From: an uncultured Verrucomicrobiae bacterium | Lineage (GTDB): Bacteria > Verrucomicrobiota > Verrucomicrobiia > Chthoniobacterales > JAFAMB01 | Assembly: GCA_963813025.1 (NCBI GenBank) | Contig: CAWEXO010000013.1 | Coordinates: forward strand, 448,001-512,000 | DNA length: 64,000 bases | Direction of reading: 5' to 3' | Shown: in pieces, positions 51,211 through 60,922 of the stretch | How positions within the stretch are numbered: the first letter of the stretch is position 1 | Layout: every line of letters starts with the position of its first letter | The notes under the pieces: model-generated | Database searches by the model: none | The model's input: only the letters and a program-made list of their open reading frames with translations | Told to the model about the DNA's origin: nothing | Translations under genes and position numbers: made by a program

Positions 51211-53322
51211 TCACGAAGGCGGCGCGGGCAGAGCGGCAAGTGGTTTACCCTCAAGCTGACGGGTGTAATAGTTGTAGTAGCCGGTTAGCCGTCGGGGCAC
51301 GCAATTCACGACGACAGCTGGTACCTGAATTTGCCGGGCTCTCAGATCCTCCAACGCAAGCTGTGAATGTTGCGGACCGCTATAGCCCAAGCGGACCACA
51401 AACATGGTCCAGCTAGTGTTCGCGGCTAACGTGACCGCATCATCCGTGGCGAGTACCGGTGGGGTGTCTACCAGGATAAAGTCAAAGTGCTGTCCGAGTT
51501 CTCCCAGTAGTGCACTGAATCCGAACGCCAGAAGTTGCTCCGCAAGGTTCGGAATATGCGGGCCGGACGGTATCAGGAACAAGTTGGGCACTCGCGTGGG
51601 GTACACCACCTCCTCAAGGGGGCTTCTGCCGGTGATTAAGCCCGAAAATCCGGGACCGGGTGCGCTTCTCAGAAACTGGTGAAGTCTGCCACGATGAATG
51701 TCTCCGTCGATCAAGAGGGTACGCGCGTTGGTGCCGGCCAACGCAATTGACAAATTTACTGCGATGACCGACTTACCTTCGCCGGATACGGCGCTCGTGA
51801 TCGAGAAGCAGCCCTTATCCCGAACCTCACCGGGCAAATGCAACAGGCCGGAACGGAGATTTCGAAACGATTGGGCAAACTCCAAGTGATTGAGATCACA
51901 GTCGAGCACGGTGGGACGACGCGTTGCCCTTCGATCAGCCATGATCCGCCCGAGAATCGGGACGGGAAGAGCTTTTTTCACTGCAGCAATGGTCTGAAAT
52001 CTCTGGATTGAACGTGACAAGACAAACACACCGAGAACCCCCGAAACCAGACCGGCTAACCCGCTCCAGAGAATGACCGGACCGAAGCGGCGCGGCTGCA
52101 CTTGTGGCGAGCTGGCGTTTTCCAAGATGTCAATAATATCCTGGTCGGAATTAGTCTGCGGATCGATCGCTTGCAAGCTCGCGGCCAGCTTGTCCGAAGC
52201 TGCCTGGACCGAGTTCGCCCTCCTTTTCAGCGTCTGATATTGAGAGAGCTTGCTACTGAGATCACCGAGCTCCGATTGTTTTTCGGCGATCTCGGCGTTG
52301 AGCCCGGCCGCCTCGCGATCGATCGACGCCAAGCGATCCTTTTGGTCACGTTCCGCCTGAGTAATGCGGTCTTTTCCTTGCTCTAGAGCTTTGCTGGAAA
52401 GAACTCGGTCTTGAGCCCTAGTCGAAAGAGCGGCAATCGTCCGTTCCATCTCAGCGATGCGAGCAGTGATCGCCCTTACCTTCGGATGCGCCCGACGCAA
52501 GTTGACGAGAAGGCGTTCGCGTTCCGCTTCGAGATCGCCCAACGTCAATTTAGCAGCAGCAACTCGTGGATCGGATTCTGTGGTGGCATTCTCCGGGGAG
52601 TCAGTTGTCGTTGTGTCTACTGGGTCTATGGGAATGGAGGCGCCCGCCGCCGCCGCCGCCAAGTTCGTGCCGGCATTGACTTGGGACCGTTGCAAACGAA
52701 GATCGGTCTGACGTTTGCGAATGCTGGCCAAGTATGCCGTATCGGCGTTCAGCTGATCCTGCAGCGCGGCTATATTATGGGCCTGCTGGAATTCGTTCAA
52801 TGCGGCGACCGCCCGCTCGCGATCGGCCTCGGCGAGGGCGGCATTTTCTTTGAGATTAGCCGCTGCTTCATCGAGGCGTTGTCTGCGAAATTCACGGCGG
52901 AACGCCAGAAACTCGGCCATAGTGCGCTGAACCCATTCCCGAGTGTACTGCGGGTTTGGCCCGGTCGCGCGAACGAGCAGAATCGACGTTTGCGGAAGGT
53001 TAATGGCGGTCAGCTTTACGGGTGAACTGTTTGACGCGGCCGACAACAGAGCTTTCGCGACGCGATCGCGCACGTGGTCTCCGGCCAGGATTGCTGCCTG
53101 TGTGCCGAGAAAAGCCGGATTACTCTGCGCTTCCGCAATTGACGGGTTTCCCGGTGTACTCGGTCGCGGCTCCACCAGCATCCGAGCCTCGGAAATGTAC
53201 AGCAGAGGATGGCGCAAAATAGACCAAAATCCCAGGGCTATAGCGGCGGCTACGGTGACCAGCAACACCCACCAGAACCGCCGAAGCTCGAGCAAAAAAG
53301 CCTGGGAATCGAGAAAATTCAT
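51211..53322 (-). CDS. wzc: Second Wzc/GumC co-polymerase BY-kinase
   Basis: TM-coiled coil-TM, HPKV motif, Walker A SAVSGEGKS, LLIDGDIH, ILVDTPP, C-terminal GYYNYY. Confidence 0.92.
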   Translation of the reverse strand: MNFLDSQAFLLELRRFWWVLLVTVAAAIALGFWSILRHPLLYISEARMLVEPRPSTPGNPSIAEAQSNPAFLGTQAAILAGDHVRDRVAKALLSAASNSSPVKLTAINLPQTSILLVRATGPNPQYTREWVQRTMAEFLAFRREFRRQRLDEAAANLKENAALAEADRERAVAALNEFQQAHNIAALQDQLNADTAYLASIRKRQTDLRLQRSQVNAGTNLAAAAAGASIPIDPVDTTTTDSPENATTESDPRVAAAKLTLGDLEAERERLLVNLRRAHPKVRAITARIAEMERTIAALSTRAQDRVLSSKALEQGKDRITQAERDQKDRLASIDREAAGLNAEIAEKQSELGDLSSKLSQYQTLKRRANSVQAASDKLAASLQAIDPQTNSDQDIIDILENASSPQVQPRRFGPVILWSGLAGLVSGVLGVFVLSRSIQRFQTIAAVKKALPVPILGRIMADRRATRRPTVLDCDLNHLEFAQSFRNLRSGLLHLPGEVRDKGCFSITSAVSGEGKSVIAVNLSIALAGTNARTLLIDGDIHRGRLHQFLRSAPGPGFSGLITGRSPLEEVVYPTRVPNLFLIPSGPHIPNLAEQLLAFGFSALLGELGQHFDFILVDTPPVLATDDAVTLAANTSWTMFVVRLGYSGPQHSQLALEDLRARQIQVPAVVVNCVPRRLTGYYNYYTRQLEGKPLAALPAPPS

Positions 53323-53331
53323 CGCCGTCCA

Positions 53332-54018
53332 CTACCAATTCACCAGTCGCTGCGGTACCTCGATGATATCCCCGGATTGCACTACCGGGTCCAGATCTCT
53401 CCGCCCTTGGTCCATAGCTGCGGTAACATTTACAATTGTGGTATTCAGAATGCTACCCGTTCTCCGAATCAGTTTCACCTTTTTCCGATCAGCGAATTCA
53501 GAAAAACCGCCGGCCCGAAGGATGGCGCGACTGACGGTCAATACTTCGTCGGTCGGCAGATCGAGTGCACCCTGTTTGTTCACTTCACCGGAGAGATAAA
53601 TCCGGCCAGCGGAGCGGATGGTTTCGCCCGCCGCGGTGGCAGCCCTAGTCGACTGTCTTCGACTGAGCGCGATCATCACAGTTGCCTTTTTGTAAAGGCT
53701 GCGTTCCAGGGATCGTTTGATCTCGGCCGCCAACTCGGCCGTTGTTTTGCCCGCAGCTGGCACTTTGCCCAAATACGGCACCTTCACTTGGCCGGCCTCA
53801 TCGACCTTCAGCATCATCGGTGCGCCATCGTCCTCCACGATACGAAACGCGAGAGTATCTCCGATTGCGATTTTTGAGCTTGTCGAACCGGGTTGCTCCG
53901 CTTGGATGGCCGGGGCTGTGCGCTTTGATTTTGTATGCTGCAGCGCTTGCGCTTGGTCACAGTTTCCGAATGCGCCAAGCAGTGAAAGAACCAAAAGACT
54001 AGAATGCGTACGAAACAT
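53332..54018 (-). CDS. Short OPX/Wza-like polysaccharide export protein (Poly_export + SLBB)
   Basis: Signal peptide, IGDTL, VKVPYLGKVPAAGKT, GEVNKQG, AILRAGGFSEFA, GDIIEVP. ATG 54018 is preferred. Confidence 0.88.
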   Translation of the reverse strand: MFRTHSSLLVLSLLGAFGNCDQAQALQHTKSKRTAPAIQAEQPGSTSSKIAIGDTLAFRIVEDDGAPMMLKVDEAGQVKVPYLGKVPAAGKTTAELAAEIKRSLERSLYKKATVMIALSRRQSTRAATAAGETIRSAGRIYLSGEVNKQGALDLPTDEVLTVSRAILRAGGFSEFADRKKVKLIRRTGSILNTTIVNVTAAMDQGRRDLDPVVQSGDIIEVPQRLVNW

Positions 54019-55297
54019 TGAAGTCCACGAGGTTCCGTTGGTAGTACCCCAGATCAGCGTCCCGAAGCACGAACTGGTACCCGAGTGAGGTGGTGATCCT
54101 CCGAGAAAGGTTGTAGCCGAATCCGACGTCAACTCCGTATTGTGTAAAGTTTCCTGGGTTTTGTCCACTGATGACCCTTCCCAGTCCGACGAATCCATCC
54201 GTTGAAAACGTGAGATTGCGTCGGAGCAGATAACGAGTGCCGAGTGCGAATCGATTGTTCTTGGTGACATCGGTCCCCGTAGAAAACTCGAGGTCGCGGT
54301 TGAACGAAGCAACGTATTGCAAATAACGGCTGATCTGATGGGTAACATTGAGCGAAATGTAATAGTCGATCGGTTTGATTCCCTGGCCGTCAGTGTCGTA
54401 AAGACCCGCGGCGAGGTCTAGCGTGATAAGCCTTGTTAATTTTCCGCGGAGAAACGGTCCGACTGCGGCGCTACTGATCTCGCCGCTATTAGCGGTGGCA
54501 AAACCGCTGTTGTTGCTGGATGAGAGCGTTTTCGAATACACAAATTCCAAGCCGGTGTTCATGGTCGGCGTTAGGGCGACAGCCGCGGCGAGCGAGGGTC
54601 GGATCGTGCTCCGCAAGCCGTTAATGTTGTTGGTGTTGCCGTTACCGCCGGTCCCATCGTCCGAGCTGTAGGAGTAGTCAAAACCAGCCGTCAATATTAA
54701 CTTTGCGAGGAACCAATTCACCTGCACTCCCGCATCATTGGTTATCCGATTCAGGCTGTTTTGGTTCGATGCACCCGGGTCCTGGGCAGGATCCTGGATT
54801 ATCGAGAAATAGTCGTGTACCTGGAAAAGGAAGTCGCCCGCGACTAACTTCAGTTCAATCTTCGAATCAGGCTCAATTGCAAGCTGTACCGCGCGATTCG
54901 TAGTGCCTCCGACGATCTCGCTCAGGGTCGCGCCGAGTCGCAGATCAATTTCATTTAAATGGCTGAGGTCCCACTTGACGTCCGCTCCGAGTGATTGGTT
55001 AAAAAGCGCTTCACTCTTCGCCTTGCTGGACGAGAGATCAGCGTTATCATCGACTTGAACGCCTACTCCCAAATAAATTGTTCCTCGGAACGGGCCAACG
55101 GTGACGAAGCTGGGCTGCTTGCCAACCTGAAACTGGGCGATTGGGACTTGGCTCAACGAAGCGCGCAACGATTCCTGCGCAAAACTTCGGCTTTCTTCCG
55201 CGAACAGAGCAAGTAAGACGACAAAAAATATTTTGCTTGGCCACTCGGCCTTCCGCGCTGGGGCTTTTCTCGAAGTCTTTCCAAATGGGTTTCTCAT
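53999..55297 (-). CDS. Outer-membrane beta-barrel protein associated with EPS export
   Basis: Signal peptide, amphipathic beta strands, C-terminal Phe (VDFNVSYAF). First gene of the barrel-OPX-Wzc operon. Confidence 0.8.
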   Translation of the reverse strand: MRNPFGKTSRKAPARKAEWPSKIFFVVLLALFAEESRSFAQESLRASLSQVPIAQFQVGKQPSFVTVGPFRGTIYLGVGVQVDDNADLSSSKAKSEALFNQSLGADVKWDLSHLNEIDLRLGATLSEIVGGTTNRAVQLAIEPDSKIELKLVAGDFLFQVHDYFSIIQDPAQDPGASNQNSLNRITNDAGVQVNWFLAKLILTAGFDYSYSSDDGTGGNGNTNNINGLRSTIRPSLAAAVALTPTMNTGLEFVYSKTLSSSNNSGFATANSGEISSAAVGPFLRGKLTRLITLDLAAGLYDTDGQGIKPIDYYISLNVTHQISRYLQYVASFNRDLEFSTGTDVTKNNRFALGTRYLLRRNLTFSTDGFVGLGRVISGQNPGNFTQYGVDVGFGYNLSRRITTSLGYQFVLRDADLGYYQRNLVDFNVSYAF

Positions 55298-55537
55298 GAT
55301 ACAGACCGTGCGCAGCCAAGGTTCTCGCCGGACACCGGTGATCGGAGATTCTCAAATGCGTTTAGATTTTCCGAGAAGAAAATTCCAGCGAGGACGCCAG
55401 CGCTTGCGGCGGATACGTCGCCACTGGGAACGACACAGCGCAATCATCAGTTATTGGAATACCGCAAAAGAACCCCCGATCAATTTATCGAGATTCTAAA
55501 AAATCCCGAGACGTGGATGCAAGCTTGATTTTTTCGG

Positions 55538-55822
55538 TTAGACCGAAACAAGGTCAAGAGCCGAGACGCTCAGTGTCAGTTTCACCAAAGCCGACGCCGT
55601 GCCGTTTTGCCCGTCTGTGATCGTATAGCGGAAGCTTGCAGGTCCGCTATTGTTTGAGCTGGGATAATCCGGATTCGGCACAAACCTTATGGTCTGCGCA
55701 GCCGCATCATAGAGACCGAGACCATTGGTCGGATCGCTTACGCCAATGATGGAGAGAGCATAACCGTCCGGGTCAGTATCGTTCGCGAGGAGTTGTGGAA
55801 CCGCGATTGTCTTATCGTGATT
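55538..55822 (-). pseudogene. Cadherin-like / Ig-like repeat domain relic (not in the ORF track)
   Basis: LLANDTDPDGYALSIIGVSDPTNG...IRFVPNPDY...SFRYTITDGQNGTASALVKLTL, preceded by an in-frame TGA. Confidence 0.8.
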
Positions 55823-56030
55823 TCACATAAGCTCCCCGGAGTGGCGTTGACGCGAAAATTCGATTACGATCCCGTGAATGCGCGGTTCAGGGACAGACAT
55901 TAGCCACCGAACCACGGGAACCACGTGAAGCCGAAGCTAAAATCGCCGTGAAGTACTGGTGAGTTCGCGAACGGCTCCGATCGATAATGATGCAACAAAC
56001 CCTGCGCGTAAGCCGAACTTTTTGCAGCCC

Positions 56031-56716
56031 ATGTTAAACCGCTATTTATCCAGTTTGGAGCAAGTGCCAAGTCGAGCGTTGCTTTCATTGTCTCGCAGGA
56101 GTGAGGTCAACCGAGTTTTTTTTCTGTCGTCGGCCTGTGCTTTTGGTTCCCTGTTCCTTTTAAGCTGTTTAGGTTGTAGCAGCAGCCGGCCGACACCTTT
56201 CCCCGGTGCGTTGAGCGGCCAGAACGTCGTGGCACTCTCGAACGGTGATGTGGTAAAAGTTCTTTCACAGGCGCTCCGGAGCTAAATCAGTCTCAAAAGG
56301 TTGGCCCTGATGGAAAGATTAGTTTGCCCTTGGTCGGGCAAGTCACTGCAGCTGGGAAGAGTTTGATGCAGTTGCAGCTCGAGTTGAGTAACCTCTATAA
56401 AACTCAGCTCCAGAATAGCGACGTGATTGTCACGCTGGAAACACGCGCGCTCCCTGTCGTGATTTCCGGCGCAGTGCAAAAGCCGGGCAAAGTTATTTTC
56501 GATAGACCGGCCACCGTTCTGGAAGCGATTATGCAGGCTGGCGGTTTCACCCCGGAAGCAGACTTGAAAAAGGTCTTGCTTATTCGGATCGTGCACGGCC
56601 AGCACTACAGCAAGATTTTTGATCTCCGTGCGGTGTTGCAGGGACAACCGACACCGGCTGTCTACGTCAGCAGTGGCGATGTGATCTACGTGCCGGAGAA
56701 ACTGCTCAATTTCTGA
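56031..56716 (+). pseudogene. Second OPX/Wza-like lipoprotein, frameshift near 56262
   Basis: Lipobox-like CLGC, GDVVKV, PDGKISLPLVGQVTAAGKS, GAVQKPG, AIMQAGGF, GDVIYVP. Confidence 0.85.
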
Positions 56717-56850
56717 GGCGTTCCCTACCACTCCAATTGCAGAAGTGCGGACCCGTTCCAGCAGCGTTTGGCCGATTCTATTTTGCTTGTGGTCATTCTT
56801 CGTGGGCGACCGCCAGTGCGCCCGTAGTTTCCTTGCAGCGCCAAGTCCTG

Positions 56851-58019
56851 CTAGTGCACTGTCTCTTAAATGTCTTTAGGAAGTGGCAGGATTTGTGGCG
56901 GCCTCCCATGCCCTGTGGATTTTGTTGAGAACTTCCTGGCCGTTGGCATGCCAGACGTAGCGTTTTGGTTCTAAGTTATGTTGTGCCAGATAACGATTGA
57001 TTGTGTCGACCAGTTCGGCGACCGAGCCGAAGCTGCCTGGCAGGATGGCTTGTTGGCTCAGATCGCGGAAGAAACGTTCGACCATGTTCATCCAGGAAGC
57101 GCTGGTGGGCGTGAAGTGGAGATGAAAGCGCGGATGACGCTCCAGCCAGCGACAAACCTTTTGGTGTTTGTGCGTCGAAGAGTTGTCCACGATTAGATGA
57201 ATGCTTAAGTCCGCAGCGATTTCGGAATCGAGTTTCTTCAAGAATTTGAGCCACTCATTATGCCGATGGCGTGGTGCCACTTGGCTTATGACTTTGCCAC
57301 TGAGGTAATCGAGTGCGGCAAAAAGGGTCACAGTGCCATGCCGATAGTAATCGTGAGTGATCGTCCGGATATGGCCTTGGGCTAAGGGCAAACCGGGTTG
57401 GCTGCGCTGCAACGCCTGACACTGACTTTTTTCATCGCAGCAGAGCACCACCGCATGGTCTGGCGGATTGAGATAGACCCCGATCACGTCCCAGAACTTG
57501 GCTTCGAATTGCTCGTCGCACGACAATTTGAAGATCCGCGTCCGGTGCGGCCTAATGTCATTGGTGGACCACAGACGCTGAACGGTTGCCTTGGATACTC
57601 CCAGATGCCTGGCCATCGAAGGGGTACTCCACCGCCCCAAGGTCGCTGGCGGCCTGACGGCTTCACTCAAGATTCGGCCCTTGAGCGCCGGCTTAATACG
57701 CTCTGGGCGCCCACTGCGGGCCAAGTCCGCCAAACCTCCTATGCCTTCTTGTCGGAAACGACCCCGCCACAACGTGACTGTTTGTTCGGTCGTAGCTAAG
57801 CGCTTGGCCACTTGCACGTTATCCGCTCCAGTAGCGCACTCGAGGATCAACCGCGCTCGGAAGACCATCCGTTTTTCGCCCGTGCCAGCTCTCACCAGAC
57901 GTTCTAATTCCTGCCGTTGCACTTCGGTGAGCTCCAAATTTGCCTTCGGGCGACCTGTCATCCCTCCAGGCTACAGAAAATCTCACATTATTAAAGCGAA
58001 TTACGAGACGCTACACTAG
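56851..58019 (-). mobile_element. IS630-family element with intact 361-aa transposase (56876-57961)
   Basis: Ends CTAGTGCACTGTCTCTTAA and CTAGTGTAGCGTCTCGTAA. Motifs CCDEKSQCQAL, IVDNSSTHK, WMNMVERFF. Close relative of the 26.2-kb copy. Confidence 0.93.
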
Positions 58020-58548
58020 CGTTCGCTCGACGATTAACTCTCGTTCCACCATATGCGAGACTAGCCATGACGTGCGAAACAAACCGACTCGCAGGCGTCT
58101 CAGTGGTCAATTCTGTCGGTTAGGCTTCTGAAATGAACCTGGCGTGTCCCGACTGGAACAAGCCGGCAGTCAAAAAGAATCACTGCGGCGCAACAGTGCT
58201 CGCTCCGAGACTGTTGTTCAGTGGACCCGACGCACCAAAACCGCCCCAAAAGAGGCGACGAACGCCACGATTAATGCAGCCAAGCTAATCCACCGCAAGC
58301 CGTCTTCTCCAGGAACTGGCTAGCCGGAGGGCCTGTGTATGCTAGTTACGGGATGCGAGCGGCTTTCCCACGCGCTCAACACTTTCCTGCACGGGCCGCA
58401 CGCACCACAGCGGCATTGCTTCGCGAGGCCTCGTCAACCAGTAATGCTGTGCTATCCCGAGCTGCTCGGAATGCTGCATCAAGCTCTGATTCGCCAGCTG
58501 TTTCGACTGGTCGGTCCAGAGCGTCTGAGTTTTCCCGAGGGCAGACTC

Positions 58549-58853
58549 AAAATCGCTCAGGAATTTCTGATGTTGGATTGCGTTTGCGGCCGGAGTGGAC
58601 GGGATCAGTTCGAAGAGATCGAACAAGCGGGACTGGAGCCTGGCTCCGGGACCGTGGAGGCCAGTTGCGCAATAAGAGCTATCGGTGTGCTGTGCTGCGA
58701 CGAGTCTACATCCAAAAGCCAATAGTAAACTGCGCCCACCCCACTAGGAATCCCGACCATTCGGGATCGAGTGGTGCAACGCGCGGTACTGTTGGTCTTG
58801 GAACCGATCTTTGAAGCCCATTTGGAAGACTATTCCTACGGATTTAGAGCTGG
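58549..58853 (+). pseudogene. Group II intron reverse transcriptase relic (RT0-RT2)
   Basis: AAGVDG (58586), [55 protein letters not shown] (58741-58854). No YADD region. Confidence 0.88.
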
Positions 58854-59520
58854 CAAGATTGGATTTTCCAGGACGATGGTTACAGCGGCGGTGTTCTAGC
58901 CCGACCCGGACTGGAGTGGCTGCGAGATTTGGTGGCCGAGGGATTCATTGAGACTTTGCTTGTCTACGCGCCGGATCGGCTCAGCCGCAAATACGCCATA
59001 CAATTTCAAGGCGTGATTGCCGAGTATAAGAGAGCGCAGATCGCGGAGAGGACTCGTCGAGGCAAAAGACATCTGCTAAAACAGGATGTGTCAACGTGCT
59101 TTCAGGAGCGCCGGATGACTATCGATATTGTCAGGAAAAGCGATGCGGCAGAAGCCTATTACGCGGTGATCGAGGCGGAAGCCGAGGTGGTCCGAGAGGT
59201 TTTCGAGCTCTATACCGAAGAACTTTGGAGCATCGGAGCAATCGGGCGTCACCTCAACCAGCGGGGCGTTTGGACGCAATGCAATAGAGGACCGTGGAAA
59301 AGATGCAGGAATCCAGGGATCAGGGCACGGTCTGTTATTGGGAAAACTGAAAGGGTCACGCGCCAAAAGATCACCAAGCCTTTACGGCAGAAGGGCGGTT
59401 TTTCGACACGATCCAGCACGCGTCGCGAACGCAACGCGCAGGAGTGGATTTCTGTCCGGTTCCTGCGCTGGTCAGCGAAGATATCTTTGCCATGGCCAGG
59501 AACGATTAGTTGAACAAGCG
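58854..59520 (+). pseudogene. Large serine recombinase relic
   Basis: [55 protein letters not shown]. Catalytic N-terminus missing, with internal deletions. Confidence 0.85.
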
Positions 59521-59727
59521 CTTCCCGGCACGAAGAACGGATTCCTCTCTTTGCCCTGCTTGTGAAAAAAGAGCTTTTACGTGCACATGCCGAAGCCGGG
59601 ACACCGTCATCGGGATGGTTTGATCCACTCGTTCCATGCCGGAGCAAAGATAGACAAGAAAATGGCGAATCTTTTTAAGGCTATTCATGGCGCCAAAGCT
59701 CAGACGTCAGAAAACAGCAAGCCATCC

Positions 59728-60125
59728 CTAATGTTGGGTTAGCTTCAAAGCCCAGCTCAGGCCGTGTGCCCGGTCATTAAATGAGCCATGTGCGCCCCGG
59801 TCTCCCGATACTGGTTCCCAAAGATCGTCGGGGCGATTCGGGTCTGCAGGTCCGCCGTATTGTTGGGCCCGATATCTCGTCTTGCCGAGATAAGAATCCA
59901 ACAGACCGGGGTACGAATCGTTGACCAAGAATCGCCTCATGGGTCGAAGTGCCGACCCAGATTTCTCGACGATGGTGGTCTGCCACCCACAAAATCGCTT
60001 CCGCAGCAACTTCGGGCTGGAAAATTGGCGGCACTGGTTGCGCCTTGTGAGGTAGACGACTTTTTATCCAGTCGAACTGGGGGGTATTCAGCGCAGGCAT
60101 GCATCCCGATCTTCTGGGCAAATGC
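59728..60125 (-). pseudogene. SDR oxidoreductase C-terminal relic
   Basis: MPALNTPQFDW...PVPPIFQPEVAAEAI...RREIWVG...DLWEPV.GD.GAHGSF across two frames. Confidence 0.75.
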
Positions 60126-60284
60126 CATGAAGTAAGGCATCGGCGCGGATTCATAGTGAGCGCCTCGAACCACGAAGGAGTTCTGGACGAGTATGGCGCC
60201 AAAGATCTGGGAATAAATAGCTTCCGCCATCGGTAGAGACACTGAGAGATGTGACGATCCTCTCAGCGGAGGTACACATAAAAA

Positions 60285-60878
60285 ATGACCCAGTCAGGCG
60301 ACAACCATTGGTATCAAGTGGCCAGAAAGGCCAGGATGCACGTCCTGGAGATCTTCAGAGTGTTTCTCCCTCTCAGCATTTGTGTATGCTGTCTTGGAAC
60401 GGTTGCGGCGAGGGCCTCTGGCGGTGGAGGTGGGGGAGGTGGCTCCGCTCAGAACAGCGCTCTACAACAAGAGGTCGGCAGTTCGGCTTTCAAAGTTTAC
60501 AACCAAGGCGTCGATCTCATGTATGCCAAGAAGTTCGCCGCGGCACAGCTCAAATTCGAACAGGCGATCCGCGAGAATCCGAACTTCGCTGAGGCACACA
60601 ACGACCTCGGATTCACGCTTCGGCAGCAGGGTCCGCAAAACTATCCGAAAGCCCTTGAACAATACAACAAGGCTATTGAACTGAAACCGCGTATGGCCGA
60701 GACCTATGAATATCGGGGGGTGCTCTTTGCAAAAATGGGCAGGAAAGCCGACGCAGAAAAGGACCTCGCTACTCTCAAGAAGCTGAACCCGAAGCTTGCT
60801 CGAGAGCTTGAGGAGTTTCTCCAGACCGGCAAGGAAGAAGATGAGTACGGTCCTACCTCGCCAAAGCAGAGAAGCTAA
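60285..60878 (+). CDS. Secreted tetratricopeptide-repeat protein
   Basis: Hydrophobic leader and Gly linker, then TPR units (FEQAIRENPNFAEAHNDLG; YNKAIELKPRMAETYEYRG). Confidence 0.85.
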   Translation: MTQSGDNHWYQVARKARMHVLEIFRVFLPLSICVCCLGTVAARASGGGGGGGGSAQNSALQQEVGSSAFKVYNQGVDLMYAKKFAAAQLKFEQAIRENPNFAEAHNDLGFTLRQQGPQNYPKALEQYNKAIELKPRMAETYEYRGVLFAKMGRKADAEKDLATLKKLNPKLARELEEFLQTGKEEDEYGPTSPKQRS

Positions 60879-60922
60879 ACTGAATTACTATTAAGGAAAG
60901 ATTATTGTGCAGTTCCCCCTCT

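Noticed and set aside
58549..58853. Retron, DGR or defence-RT system
   Set aside because: The motifs are group II intron type, the catalytic YADD region is absent, and there is no msr/msd or TR/VR pair.
60420..60443. GGN repeat as a contingency or phase-variable repeat
   Set aside because: Mixed codons encode an ordinary poly-Gly linker.
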